IMG/VR virus record: IMGVR_UViG_3300033515_000012
Coordinates: 1-38,700 of that record
Length of the DNA stretch: 38,700 bases
Strand: one strand, 5' to 3'
Source: a virus
Lineage: Duplodnaviria > Caudoviricetes
In this document: positions 16,381 to 24,950 of the stretch, piece by piece
Layout: each line of letters starts with the position of its first letter
Numbering within the stretch: position 1 is the first letter of the stretch
The notes under the pieces: generated by a model
Told to the model about the DNA's origin: nothing
The model's input: the letters and a program-made list of their open reading frames with translations, nothing else
Databases searched by the model: none
Made by a program: the position numbers and the translations under genes

Positions 16381-16836
16381 TTAGGCAGTAGCATTCACAG
16401 CTTGTTCTGCTGTTACTAATAATGCGCTCAAATCGTCTGCAATAGATGCATCAAGACCTGCAACTACTCTCAATCCGCCACAAGACAAGTTGGTACGTGT
16501 TCCGTCTTCAGATTTACGAGCTGTAATCCAATACTGAGAACCTTTTTCAACGTTGTCAATAGTAGAACCTGCAAATAATACAGGCGCATTCTTAACTTCT
16601 TTACCTCCAACATTGATATCAGCTGTACCTTGATAGTATGTTTTACCTGAAGCTTCATTAACAAGCTCTTTAGGGTTAATACTAACTACAGTTCCTGCAA
16701 CTTGCATGTCCTGTGTACCTTGCTGATTCATTGAAGGTACTAATTCTCCTGCGTCGTTTTTAACTAACGCCAATCTTGGGTTTGTTGTCATGTGTGACAT
16801 AATGGTGTATGGTATTGTGTTACGTTGCTGATACAT
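16381..16836 (-). CDS. First gene of left arm; possible OB-fold ssDNA-binding protein (start may be ATG at 16800)
   Basis: Beta-rich pattern (VAGTVVSI, TYYQGTADI, YWITAR); higher GC than neighbours; own terminator; function is inference. Confidence 0.5.
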   Translation of the reverse strand: MYQQRNTIPYTIMSHMTTNPRLALVKNDAGELVPSMNQQGTQDMQVAGTVVSINPKELVNEASGKTYYQGTADINVGGKEVKNAPVLFAGSTIDNVEKGSQYWITARKSEDGTRTNLSCGGLRVVAGLDASIADDLSALLVTAEQAVNATA

Positions 16837-16879
16837 AGCTTAACGTAACTGATTATATAAACAAGAACTATTCTTGCCT

Positions 16880-16976
16880 AAACTTTATGAATGTGATGAT
16901 GACTCTACTTTATTTACAAAATAAAGGTACGGGTACATCCCCAAAACTTTATGAAGGTAGGGTGATGTCTCTACTT
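16880..16976. repeat. Imperfect direct repeat AAACTTTATGAA...TGATGwCTCTACTT x2
   Basis: Copies at 16880-16910 and 16944-16976. Confidence 0.8.
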
Positions 16977-17027
16977 ATCCAACACTTACATTAATAAAAA
17001 ACATTTTGAAAAAAAATTTTAAAAAAA

Positions 17028-17059
17028 TTTGGAATTGTCATTTATTTGTTGTATATTTG
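17028..17059 (+). promoter_or_regulatory. Bacteroidota sigma70-type promoter
   Basis: TTTG-N20-TATATTTG matches the -33/-7 consensus. Confidence 0.75.
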
Positions 17060-17121
17060 TAGTTATAAATAACAAAAAAGCTATTAGGAGATAAAATATT
17101 TTGAAAATAATCACTAAAATA

Positions 17122-17153
17122 TTTGGATTTGTCAAATAAATGTTGTATATTTG
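17122..17153 (+). promoter_or_regulatory. Bacteroidota sigma70-type promoter
   Basis: TTTG-N20-TATATTTG; upstream AGCTATTAG box at 17079. Confidence 0.78.
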
Positions 17154-17159
17154 TATTTT

Positions 17160-17424
17160 AAAATAAAATAGCAACTAGTTTAGGATATTGTTGCCTTTAT
17201 TAATAGTGGACACGGCACTAACGTTTAGTTTAAAGGGTATGGGTTTTGCGAGGTATGACAACTTCAATAACACTGGCTAGCCAAGATTTCTACAAGAACA
17301 ACAGTTTTTGTGGAAACCTCGCTATGTTTAATAATTAGATAATATATAAATTATAATATACGTTATAGTTATAGGAAACTTATATCTACAACCCACTTTA
17401 ACTTATGTTTTAGTGGGTTTTTTT
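17160..17424 (+). ncRNA. Candidate structured RNA with own promoter and terminator
   Basis: Nested helices, no ORF over 30 aa, flanked by promoter and terminator. Confidence 0.5.
17390..17424 (+). terminator. Intrinsic terminator
   Basis: AACCCACT/AGTGGGTT stem plus T-tract. Confidence 0.8.
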
Positions 17425-17473
17425 ATGTTTTTTAAATTATTTTCACTATTTTTAAAAAATAAATCACTTTTTT

Positions 17474-17505
17474 CTTGCATATGTCAATTTTATTTTGTAT
17501 CTTTG
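17474..17505 (+). promoter_or_regulatory. Bacteroidota sigma70-type promoter for the right-arm operon
   Basis: CTTG-N20-TATCTTTG, about 25 nt before ATG 17530. Confidence 0.75.
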
Positions 17506-17529
17506 TACCAGATTTAAAATTAATAAATA

Positions 17530-17721
17530 ATGACATACCAAGAATGGTTTAAAAAAATAGTTTGGTTAAGAGAAAGAGTAGTATTACCAGACGGTAAATC
17601 AATAAGTAAATTAAATTATACTACAAAAGATGGTTTTGAAATAAAAGGTTTTGATAGTTTATTATTTCAAGAATATAATAAACAATATCCAGTAAGTGAT
17701 GGAAGAAGATATAAAAAATAA
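17530..17721 (+). CDS. Hypothetical protein
   Basis: 63 aa ORF just after promoter. Confidence 0.7.
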   Translation: MTYQEWFKKIVWLRERVVLPDGKSISKLNYTTKDGFEIKGFDSLLFQEYNKQYPVSDGRRYKK

Positions 17722-17819
17722 ACTACAACTTCCAATGAAATGTGGTTTAAATAAAAACCATCACTACATATATGTAATATGTTGGAATAAAATAAATGAA
17801 TTAATAACAAAAGAATATA

Positions 17820-18086
17820 ATGATAGAACAAATACACGATATAATTAGACAAGACTTAATAGTAAACAGTAAAGATTTATTTAATTTATATCATTATTAT
17901 ACACATAAATGGAGAAGTAATGATAGATTAGTTGATATTAATGTAGGATTATTTAGAAATGATAAACAACAACTTACAGCTCAAATATATGTAGCAGATA
18001 AGAATACTAAAATAAGAGAACAATTATTTTTAAATGAAAACTTAGTAATAATAGATAACGATTTAATAATTAAAAGATATAATTAA
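17820..18086 (+). CDS. Hypothetical protein
   Basis: 88 aa; TAATG-coupled to next gene. Confidence 0.75.
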   Translation: MIEQIHDIIRQDLIVNSKDLFNLYHYYTHKWRSNDRLVDINVGLFRNDKQQLTAQIYVADKNTKIREQLFLNENLVIIDNDLIIKRYN

Positions 18087-18388
18087 TGGAAGACATAATT
18101 TTATATAAAAACCAAACACACGCTATTAACTTAAATAATAGTGGAACAATGAATCAATCAAGTTTAGATTTTGCAAAACGTACAATGTTATTTGATGTTA
18201 TTAGAGAACATACAGATTTAGTTAAAACTAAACAAGGTTATCCTGAAAATGATATTTCAGATGTAAGTATGGAAATTGATTGTGTTGTTATGAGTAGAAA
18301 AAGATATAATAAATTAATTAATTTTGAAAATAAAGGATTGTTTGTTGATAATAAAAAATATTTAAAATTTCCTAAATTAGAACCATAA
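18086..18388 (+). CDS. Hypothetical protein
   Basis: 100 aa; TAATG coupling on both sides. Confidence 0.75.
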   Translation: MEDIILYKNQTHAINLNNSGTMNQSSLDFAKRTMLFDVIREHTDLVKTKQGYPENDISDVSMEIDCVVMSRKRYNKLINFENKGLFVDNKKYLKFPKLEP

Positions 18389-18672
18389 TGAACACATATA
18401 GTAAAAATGGTTTAAGACAAGTTAAACTAGCAGAAAGAAAGAAAACAAAAGAACATATAAAATCATTTTATAAGATTATAAATCAAATAAATGACATTTC
18501 AGAATCATTAGATAAAACAATTGATTATAATGAAGAAAATATAAATGATTATGTTAGACCTATGTTAGGTAGAGATTTAGATTCAACTGAAAAAATGTTA
18601 TTATTAAGTAAGTTATCTAATTATAAAGAAGTAATAGAAAATAACATTGAGGTTAAACATGGACCACAATAA
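18388..18672 (+). CDS. Hypothetical protein
   Basis: 94 aa ORF in operon. Confidence 0.75.
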   Translation: MNTYSKNGLRQVKLAERKKTKEHIKSFYKIINQINDISESLDKTIDYNEENINDYVRPMLGRDLDSTEKMLLLSKLSNYKEVIENNIEVKHGPQ

Positions 18673-18952
18673 ACCTAAAATTAATTTACACAATATTAAA
18701 TCTTTTATAGAAGGTAATATACAACTTGGATTAGAAGAATTTGGTTTACAACCATTGCATATACAAGAACAAATAGCTTATAGACGTTTGATATGTAAAG
18801 ATGATTGTGCTGTAAATAATAAATGTATTATATGTGGTTGTGATTTTAAAGGTAAAACATCAGTTAAAGAATCTTGTAATAAAGATAGATTTCCTGATTT
18901 AATGAATAGGATAGAATGGGATAAATTTAAAAGAGAACATGAAATTAAATAA
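18647..18952 (+). CDS. Cys-rich putative zinc-binding protein (start probably ATG 18659)
   Basis: CKDDC...CIICGC...C pattern. Confidence 0.75.
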   Translation: MRLNMDHNKPKINLHNIKSFIEGNIQLGLEEFGLQPLHIQEQIAYRRLICKDDCAVNNKCIICGCDFKGKTSVKESCNKDRFPDLMNRIEWDKFKREHEIK

Positions 18953-19097
18953 TAAAAATAAAGACATTATAATTGCAATACTTGGAGCTTTAAAAAAAGA
19001 TATTAAAACAGATAAAATTAAAATTGGAAGTATTGTTAAATATGAAATAAATGATATTATTATTGATATTAAAATAACAAATGACACATTTAAATAA
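18939..19097 (+). CDS. Small hypothetical protein (52 aa)
   Basis: Manual translation MKLNNKNKDIIIAILGALKK...; bridges the operon gap with overlaps on both sides. Confidence 0.55.
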   Translation: MKLNNKNKDIIIAILGALKKDIKTDKIKIGSIVKYEINDIIIDIKITNDTFK

Positions 19098-19308
19098 TAC
19101 ATATATAATTCAAAACAAACCAATTAAAGAATTATTGGATAATTTAGATAATTTTTTAACAAACATGGATAAATTTAGAAATAAACATAAAAATTATAAT
19201 TATAACATTAATATAGAAGCTGAAAAAACAAAAGGATTATGGAAAGCTGAGATACATATAAATTATGAAAAGCAAAATAATAATAAGATATCTGAAAGAA
19301 TATCTTAA
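19081..19308 (+). CDS. Hypothetical protein
   Basis: 75 aa ORF in operon. Confidence 0.7.
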   Translation: MTHLNNTYIIQNKPIKELLDNLDNFLTNMDKFRNKHKNYNYNINIEAEKTKGLWKAEIHINYEKQNNNKISERIS

Positions 19309-19582
19309 ACATATGAAATATTACAATAGTATGGCTCCATTTCCAGTATTTGATACCAGCTATGTAAATGATGTAGAAAATAAAATAAAAGAAATAATGA
19401 GTGATAAAACAAAAGAATATGATGAAGAACCAGTTGTAGCATGTAGACATTGTAAAAGCTTACATATTATATCAGATGATGTTGATAACAATGTATGTAT
19501 GAGATGTGGTTCTGTTAACGAATTAAAAGAATTCAATGATATATATCAATATAAAGAATGGTTAAAAAATAAAGATGAATAA
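19265..19582 (+). CDS. Zinc-ribbon protein
   Basis: CRHC...CMRC pairs. Confidence 0.75.
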   Translation: MKSKIIIRYLKEYLKHMKYYNSMAPFPVFDTSYVNDVENKIKEIMSDKTKEYDEEPVVACRHCKSLHIISDDVDNNVCMRCGSVNELKEFNDIYQYKEWLKNKDE

Positions 19583-19970
19583 TAGTAAAACAGCTAATAT
19601 TAATATAAAGTTAAAATTATTATTTTTTAGATGGTTAGATATACTTAAACCTTGGCATAATCTTAATAATCAACAACAACAGGTATTAGCTCTTTTATTA
19701 TATTATCATTATTTATATAAAAAAGATATTACAAACGATAAAATATTATGGAAAATAGTATTTGATTACGATACAAGACAAAAGATTATTGAAGATGAAT
19801 GTTGGAAAAAAGGTATGACAATAAACACTTTAAATAACATACTTACAATGTTAAGAAATAAAAAAGCTATTGTAGATAATAAAATATCAAATGTATATAT
19901 ACCTGAACTAGATATTTCTAGTAAAAACTTTAAAATGATATTTAACTTTAATATTGTAGACAATGAGTAA
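19575..19970 (+). CDS. Putative winged-helix DNA-binding protein
   Basis: MTINTLNNILTMLRNKKAI resembles an HTH recognition helix; position ahead of IHF-like gene. Confidence 0.55.
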   Translation: MNNSKTANINIKLKLLFFRWLDILKPWHNLNNQQQQVLALLLYYHYLYKKDITNDKILWKIVFDYDTRQKIIEDECWKKGMTINTLNNILTMLRNKKAIVDNKISNVYIPELDISSKNFKMIFNFNIVDNE

Positions 19971-20241
19971 AGTTGATGATGATAAAGTTAAAGCTCTTAT
20001 ACATAGTATAGGATTAAAACATAACTTACAAGATGATATAATTGATAAAATTATAAAAACACCTTATAAGTTTACAAGAGAAAAAATATCACAGTTAGAA
20101 ATACATGATGATATTACAGAAGAAGATTATAATAAGTTAAAAACAAATTTCATATATCTTTATATAGGTAGGTTATATACTAACTTTGATATATGTACTA
20201 AATTTTATAAATTAAAGAAATGGAAGAAAAAAGAAATTTAA
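19963..20241 (+). CDS. IHF/HU-like DNA-binding protein
   Basis: Two N-terminal helices then NFIYLYIGRLY, resembling the HU strand/GxF motif; crAss-like packaging-module context. Confidence 0.6.
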   Translation: MSKVDDDKVKALIHSIGLKHNLQDDIIDKIIKTPYKFTREKISQLEIHDDITEEDYNKLKTNFIYLYIGRLYTNFDICTKFYKLKKWKKKEI

Positions 20242-20582
20242 ATCAGGATGATGTGTTAGAATTAATTGGAAATTTCCCATTAGAACCATTGTTTAACGGT
20301 GTTTATATTACAGTTAATAAATTAGAAGCAGATGGAAATTTAATATTATCCGATAATGTTTTATCAGATATACAATATGTAGTTGCTGCAGGAGAACATT
20401 CAGTTGTTAAACCAGGTCAAAAAGTATTGATTGATATTGAAAAAATGATGGTACCTGTTAAACAAGAATCTAACAATGTATATGAAACAGTAATGCAAGT
20501 TAAAGTTGATTTAGTAGAAGTTAATGGAGATATTTTTGCATTAGTAAATGATAGAGTAATTAAAGCAAAAGATAACAGATAA
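20220..20582 (+). CDS. groES: GroES-like co-chaperonin
   Basis: LEPLFNGVYI...VVAAG...VKPGQKVL...LVNDRVI mirrors GroES PLxDRVxV/VVAVG/VKxGDxV/xxExDI. Confidence 0.7.
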   Translation: MEEKRNLNQDDVLELIGNFPLEPLFNGVYITVNKLEADGNLILSDNVLSDIQYVVAAGEHSVVKPGQKVLIDIEKMMVPVKQESNNVYETVMQVKVDLVEVNGDIFALVNDRVIKAKDNR

Positions 20583-21148
20583 TGAAATTATTTGAAATGA
20601 AAGAATTTAACCTCCATGTTACAGAAGAAGCATGGGGGTTACTTCCATTTAAAGCAATATTAAAAAGAGATAAAAATCGTAATAAAGAAACAGCATTTAA
20701 AGAAATGTTATTTATTTATTATTACACAGATATACGTTCTGACTATGTTTATATTATAGATGATAAAGAACGATGTAAAGAGATTATAAAAGATATTGGA
20801 TTACCTGTAGATTGGAAAATAGATGATGTTATTAAAACAGCAATTGCTTTTTATAATTCAATGTCATTAAGTCCAATTGCTAAATTATATAAATCATCTT
20901 TAAAAGCTGCTGATGATATATCTAAGTATTTAGAAATGACAGATCTTTTATTAGCTGAAAGAACAGATAAAGGTGCTACAGTAACTACATTAGCTACTAT
21001 TACAGGTTCACTTAAATCTGTACCTATTATTATGAAAGATTTAAAAGCTGCATACAAAGAAGTATTAGCAGAACAAAAAGAATTAGAAGGTAAAACAAAA
21101 GGAGCTAGGAGTTTTGGACTTTTTGAAGATGGCTTCACAATAAATTAA
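20582..21148 (+). CDS. Conserved phage protein, putative terminase small subunit
   Basis: Helical 188 aa protein with coiled-coil C-terminus upstream of TerL; function inferred from position. Confidence 0.5.
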   Translation: MKLFEMKEFNLHVTEEAWGLLPFKAILKRDKNRNKETAFKEMLFIYYYTDIRSDYVYIIDDKERCKEIIKDIGLPVDWKIDDVIKTAIAFYNSMSLSPIAKLYKSSLKAADDISKYLEMTDLLLAERTDKGATVTTLATITGSLKSVPIIMKDLKAAYKEVLAEQKELEGKTKGARSFGLFEDGFTIN

Positions 21149-21150
21149 TT

Positions 21151-22632
21151 ATGAAAGAAATATATTTTAAAGAAGAAGCAAGAAATAAATTATTTAAAGG
21201 TATTCAAAAACTACATGATGCAGTAGCATCTACACTTGGACCAAATGGTAAAACTGTTATTATTACAGATGAATATGGTAAGCCTTATGTTACTAAAGAT
21301 GGTGTATCTGTAGCTAGAAAAATTTATTTTAAAGATGCTGTAGAAAATGTAGGTGCTGAATTAATTAAAGAAGTATGTGAGTTACAAGTTAAACAAGCTG
21401 GTGATGGAACCACAACTGCAATTGTATTGGCTAATGCTTTTATACAAAATTTAAAAGATTTTGATTCAAAAGATATTAATAAAGCTTTTGATGAAATTAT
21501 ACCTAAAGTAATTGAACAACTTAAACTTAATTCAAAAGAATTAAAACGTGAAGACATTAAATATGTTGCTAGTATATCTGCTAATAATGATATACAAATT
21601 GGTGAACTTATTCAACAAGCTTATAACTTTTCTAATATAATTAAAGTTGAAGAATCTAATAATTTAGAAGATTCACTTGAAAATATTGAAGGGATGAAAT
21701 TAGATGTATCTTATATGTCTAAAAGATTTACTAATACACCTAAAGAACATTGTGAGTTAGATAATCCTTATGTGTTACTTTTAGATGGTAAACTTGAAGA
21801 TTTAATGTCTTTAAAAGTAATACTTGAAAAAGTTTCGTCCACAGACGAATCTATTTTAATTATTACAGAATATATATCTGAAAAAGAATTACGTAAATTA
21901 GAATCATTAGTATTATCAGGTAATATTAAATTATGTGTTATTAAAACACCTGGATTTGGTCCTGTAAGAAAAGATTTTATTAGAGATTTATCTGACTTCA
22001 CTGGAGCTGAAATAATTAATATACAACCAGGAAAACAATATTCATTATCATGTTTAGGTAAATTAAAATCATGTACTATTACTAAAAATAATAGTTTACT
22101 TATTAAACATGAGGATGTTAATGTGGATGAAATTGTAGAAGGATTAACAGAATTATCTAAGAATAAAGAACTTACTAATTATGATGTTGAAGTAATTAAT
22201 AAACGTATTGAAAATCTAACAGCTAAAGCATCTATAATTAAAGTAGGTGGTGGTTCTGAAATAGAAATGAAGGAACGTAAAGATAGATATGATGATGCTG
22301 TATTAGCTGTAGCATGTGCATTAGAAGAAGGTATTGTTGAAGGTGGTGGAGTAGCATTATTTAAAATAGGAATTGAACAAGAAACAGAAAAAAATAAGTT
22401 AAAAGAAAAATTAATAGATAGTTTATTAATTCCGTATTTAGTAATATATTCTGAAAGAGTAGAATATTTTAAAAATGAAACAATCTACAAATATCCTTTA
22501 GAAGATAAATTTAAAGAAAATATTATAGACCCACTTAAAGTCACTAGATGTGCTTTAGAAAATGCTGTATCAATAGCTAAAACAATATTGTCAACAGACA
22601 CAATTGTACTTAATGAAAGAACATGGAGTTAA
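21151..22632 (+). CDS. groEL: GroEL-like chaperonin (493 aa)
   Basis: TLGPNG, TKDGVSVA, AGDGTTTA, ISANND, KTPGFG, KVGGGSEIEMKERKDRYDDA, EEGIVEGGG, IIDPLKV. Confidence 0.95.
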   Translation: MKEIYFKEEARNKLFKGIQKLHDAVASTLGPNGKTVIITDEYGKPYVTKDGVSVARKIYFKDAVENVGAELIKEVCELQVKQAGDGTTTAIVLANAFIQNLKDFDSKDINKAFDEIIPKVIEQLKLNSKELKREDIKYVASISANNDIQIGELIQQAYNFSNIIKVEESNNLEDSLENIEGMKLDVSYMSKRFTNTPKEHCELDNPYVLLLDGKLEDLMSLKVILEKVSSTDESILIITEYISEKELRKLESLVLSGNIKLCVIKTPGFGPVRKDFIRDLSDFTGAEIINIQPGKQYSLSCLGKLKSCTITKNNSLLIKHEDVNVDEIVEGLTELSKNKELTNYDVEVINKRIENLTAKASIIKVGGGSEIEMKERKDRYDDAVLAVACALEEGIVEGGGVALFKIGIEQETEKNKLKEKLIDSLLIPYLVIYSERVEYFKNETIYKYPLEDKFKENIIDPLKVTRCALENAVSIAKTILSTDTIVLNERTWS

Positions 22633-24860
22633 ACAAATATCAAAGCTTAATAACAGAAGAACTAAAAGAAACACTTCCTCGTGAAGTTTACGAAAATCTT
22701 ATAGAATATACTTCTACTATTAAGTTTATTAAAAATCTTATTGCTCCTGAACATATTAGAGGATTTGCTAAAGATAGACCTAAATCTATATTATACGATG
22801 ATGGTAGAATTGATGTAGATATAACTAATCCTCATATACTTGAGGATATGGACTATTTTAGACAACCTGCTATATTTTTTGAAAAAAACGGCAAGTACAC
22901 TAATATACCACCTAATAGTAATCCTAAATCAGAATATGCTGAATATTGGAAAGAAGAATTACGTAAATGGAAACATGGTGTAGTAAGACCTTCTGATGGT
23001 GAATGGGTTCCTGGTGAATTATATTTTTATTGGAATTATAGTCCAATATGGTTAGTTGAAACTATTGCTACAAGTGGTAAAGGAGAACGTAGTCAGGGTG
23101 AACGTGTAAAAAAGTTTGCTAAACCATGGTTAGGTGATTATTTATATTTTCATTATACAGCAAAAGCAAAACGTTTAGGTAAACATGGTAAAGTTCTTAA
23201 AACAAGAGGTATTGGATTTAGTTTTAAAAATGCATCTGAATCTCCTAGAAACATGTATGTGTTTCCAGGTTCAGGTAATCCTAATTTTCATTTAGCATCA
23301 GATAAAGGATTTTTATCTGGTGATAAAGGTATATGGGGTAAAGTATTAGATACACTTGACTGGATTGCAGAACACACACCATTACCTCGTATGCGTACTA
23401 TTGATGCAACAAAAGAAATGAATATTCAATTAGGATATAAAGATGAATATGGTTCTCGTAAAGGATTATTGTCATCTGTATTTGGTATATCTTTAAAAGA
23501 TAATCCTGATAAAGCCAGAGGTATTCGTGGACCACTTATTCATTATGAAGAAGATGGTTTATTTCCAAATCTTGAAAAAGCTTGGAATGTAAATAGAAAA
23601 GCCGTAGAAGATGGTGGTGTATCGTTTGGATTTATGTTAGCTGGTGGAACAGGTGGTGTTGAAGGAGCTTCTTTTGCTGGTTCTGAAAAATTATTTTACA
23701 AACCTGGAGCATATAATATATTAGGAATACCTAATGTTTTTGATAAAGGTTCTAATGGTGATTTAGAATGTGGATTTTTTTGGGGTGCATATTTAAACCG
23801 TAATGAATGTTATAATGAAGAATGTGGTGAACCAGATGTAATTAAAGCTTTAATTGAAATTTTATTAGATAGACATCAGGTAAAATATAATTCATCTGAC
23901 GCTAGAGCTATTACTCAAAAGAAAGCTGAAGAACCTATTACACCACAGGAAGCTATTATGCGAACTGAAGGAACAGTGTTTCCTGTTGCAGACATAAAAG
24001 ATTATCTTGAAAGTATTGGTCCTAAAAAAGAATCATTTTTAGCTGAACATTATATAGGTGAATTAATATATGATAATGAAGGTAATGTTAAATGGAGTTT
24101 AACAACAGATAAACATCCTCTTAGAGCATATGATAGTTCTGATACTGACAGAACAGGTTGTTTAGAAATATTTGAAATGCCTAAAAAAAATGCTAATGGA
24201 GAAATTGCTAGAGGAAGATATATATTTGGTATTGACCCTATTGATGCTGATACAGGAACTTCATTATTTAGTATAATTGGTTTAGACACATTTACAGACA
24301 GAATTGTATGTGAATACACAGGTAGACCAAGATTAGCAAACGATGCTTATGAAATAGCTTTACGTGTTTTAAAATTTTATAATGGAGAAGCCAACTATGA
24401 ATCTAATTTAAAAGGTTTATTTAGTTATTTTGATGCACGTAATTGTTTACATTATTTATGTGATGTACCTCAGATACTTCGTGATATGGATATGGTTAAA
24501 GCAACTAATTTATATGGTAACAAAGCTAAAGGAACACACGCTAATAAAGAGATTAATAAATGGGGAAGATTATTACAAGCGCAATACATGTTAACACAAT
24601 ATAATGAAGCCGATGAAGAAGATAATAGTTTAAAGTTACATCATATAAGAAGTATTCCTTATTTGGAAGAATGTATTGCGTGGAATAGTGATGGTAATTT
24701 TGACCGTGTATCTGCTGCAGGTATGTTATTTTTATTAAGAGAAGATAGAGTTAAAAGAACTAACTCAATGATAGCAAATCAAGATAAACAAAGAAAAACA
24801 CTTACACAAGATAAATTTTTTGAAAAAAACTGGAATGCTAAAAAAGCTATTAGCAGATAG
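22623..24860 (+). CDS. terL: Terminase large subunit
   Basis: Walker A-like LKTRGIGFS, Walker B-like IHYEEDG, nuclease GIDPID and NFDRVSA. Confidence 0.92.
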   Translation: MELNKYQSLITEELKETLPREVYENLIEYTSTIKFIKNLIAPEHIRGFAKDRPKSILYDDGRIDVDITNPHILEDMDYFRQPAIFFEKNGKYTNIPPNSNPKSEYAEYWKEELRKWKHGVVRPSDGEWVPGELYFYWNYSPIWLVETIATSGKGERSQGERVKKFAKPWLGDYLYFHYTAKAKRLGKHGKVLKTRGIGFSFKNASESPRNMYVFPGSGNPNFHLASDKGFLSGDKGIWGKVLDTLDWIAEHTPLPRMRTIDATKEMNIQLGYKDEYGSRKGLLSSVFGISLKDNPDKARGIRGPLIHYEEDGLFPNLEKAWNVNRKAVEDGGVSFGFMLAGGTGGVEGASFAGSEKLFYKPGAYNILGIPNVFDKGSNGDLECGFFWGAYLNRNECYNEECGEPDVIKALIEILLDRHQVKYNSSDARAITQKKAEEPITPQEAIMRTEGTVFPVADIKDYLESIGPKKESFLAEHYIGELIYDNEGNVKWSLTTDKHPLRAYDSSDTDRTGCLEIFEMPKKNANGEIARGRYIFGIDPIDADTGTSLFSIIGLDTFTDRIVCEYTGRPRLANDAYEIALRVLKFYNGEANYESNLKGLFSYFDARNCLHYLCDVPQILRDMDMVKATNLYGNKAKGTHANKEINKWGRLLQAQYMLTQYNEADEEDNSLKLHHIRSIPYLEECIAWNSDGNFDRVSAAGMLFLLREDRVKRTNSMIANQDKQRKTLTQDKFFEKNWNAKKAISR

Positions 24861-24888
24861 AATAAATTGTGTTATTTCTAATAAATTA

Positions 24889-24920
24889 TTTGGAATAACA
24901 CTTTTTATTTTGTATATTAG
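24889..24920 (+). promoter_or_regulatory. Promoter for portal gene
   Basis: TTTG-N20-TATATTAG; AGCTATTAG box at 24845. Confidence 0.65.
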
Positions 24921-24950
24921 TAAGTTATTATTAAATTTAATAAATTATAT

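Noticed and set aside
5856-16664. ORFs 5856..6056, 13668..13850, 14267..14521 (+) and 16470..16664 (-)
   Set aside because: Antisense or alternative-frame overlaps of better genes; low complexity
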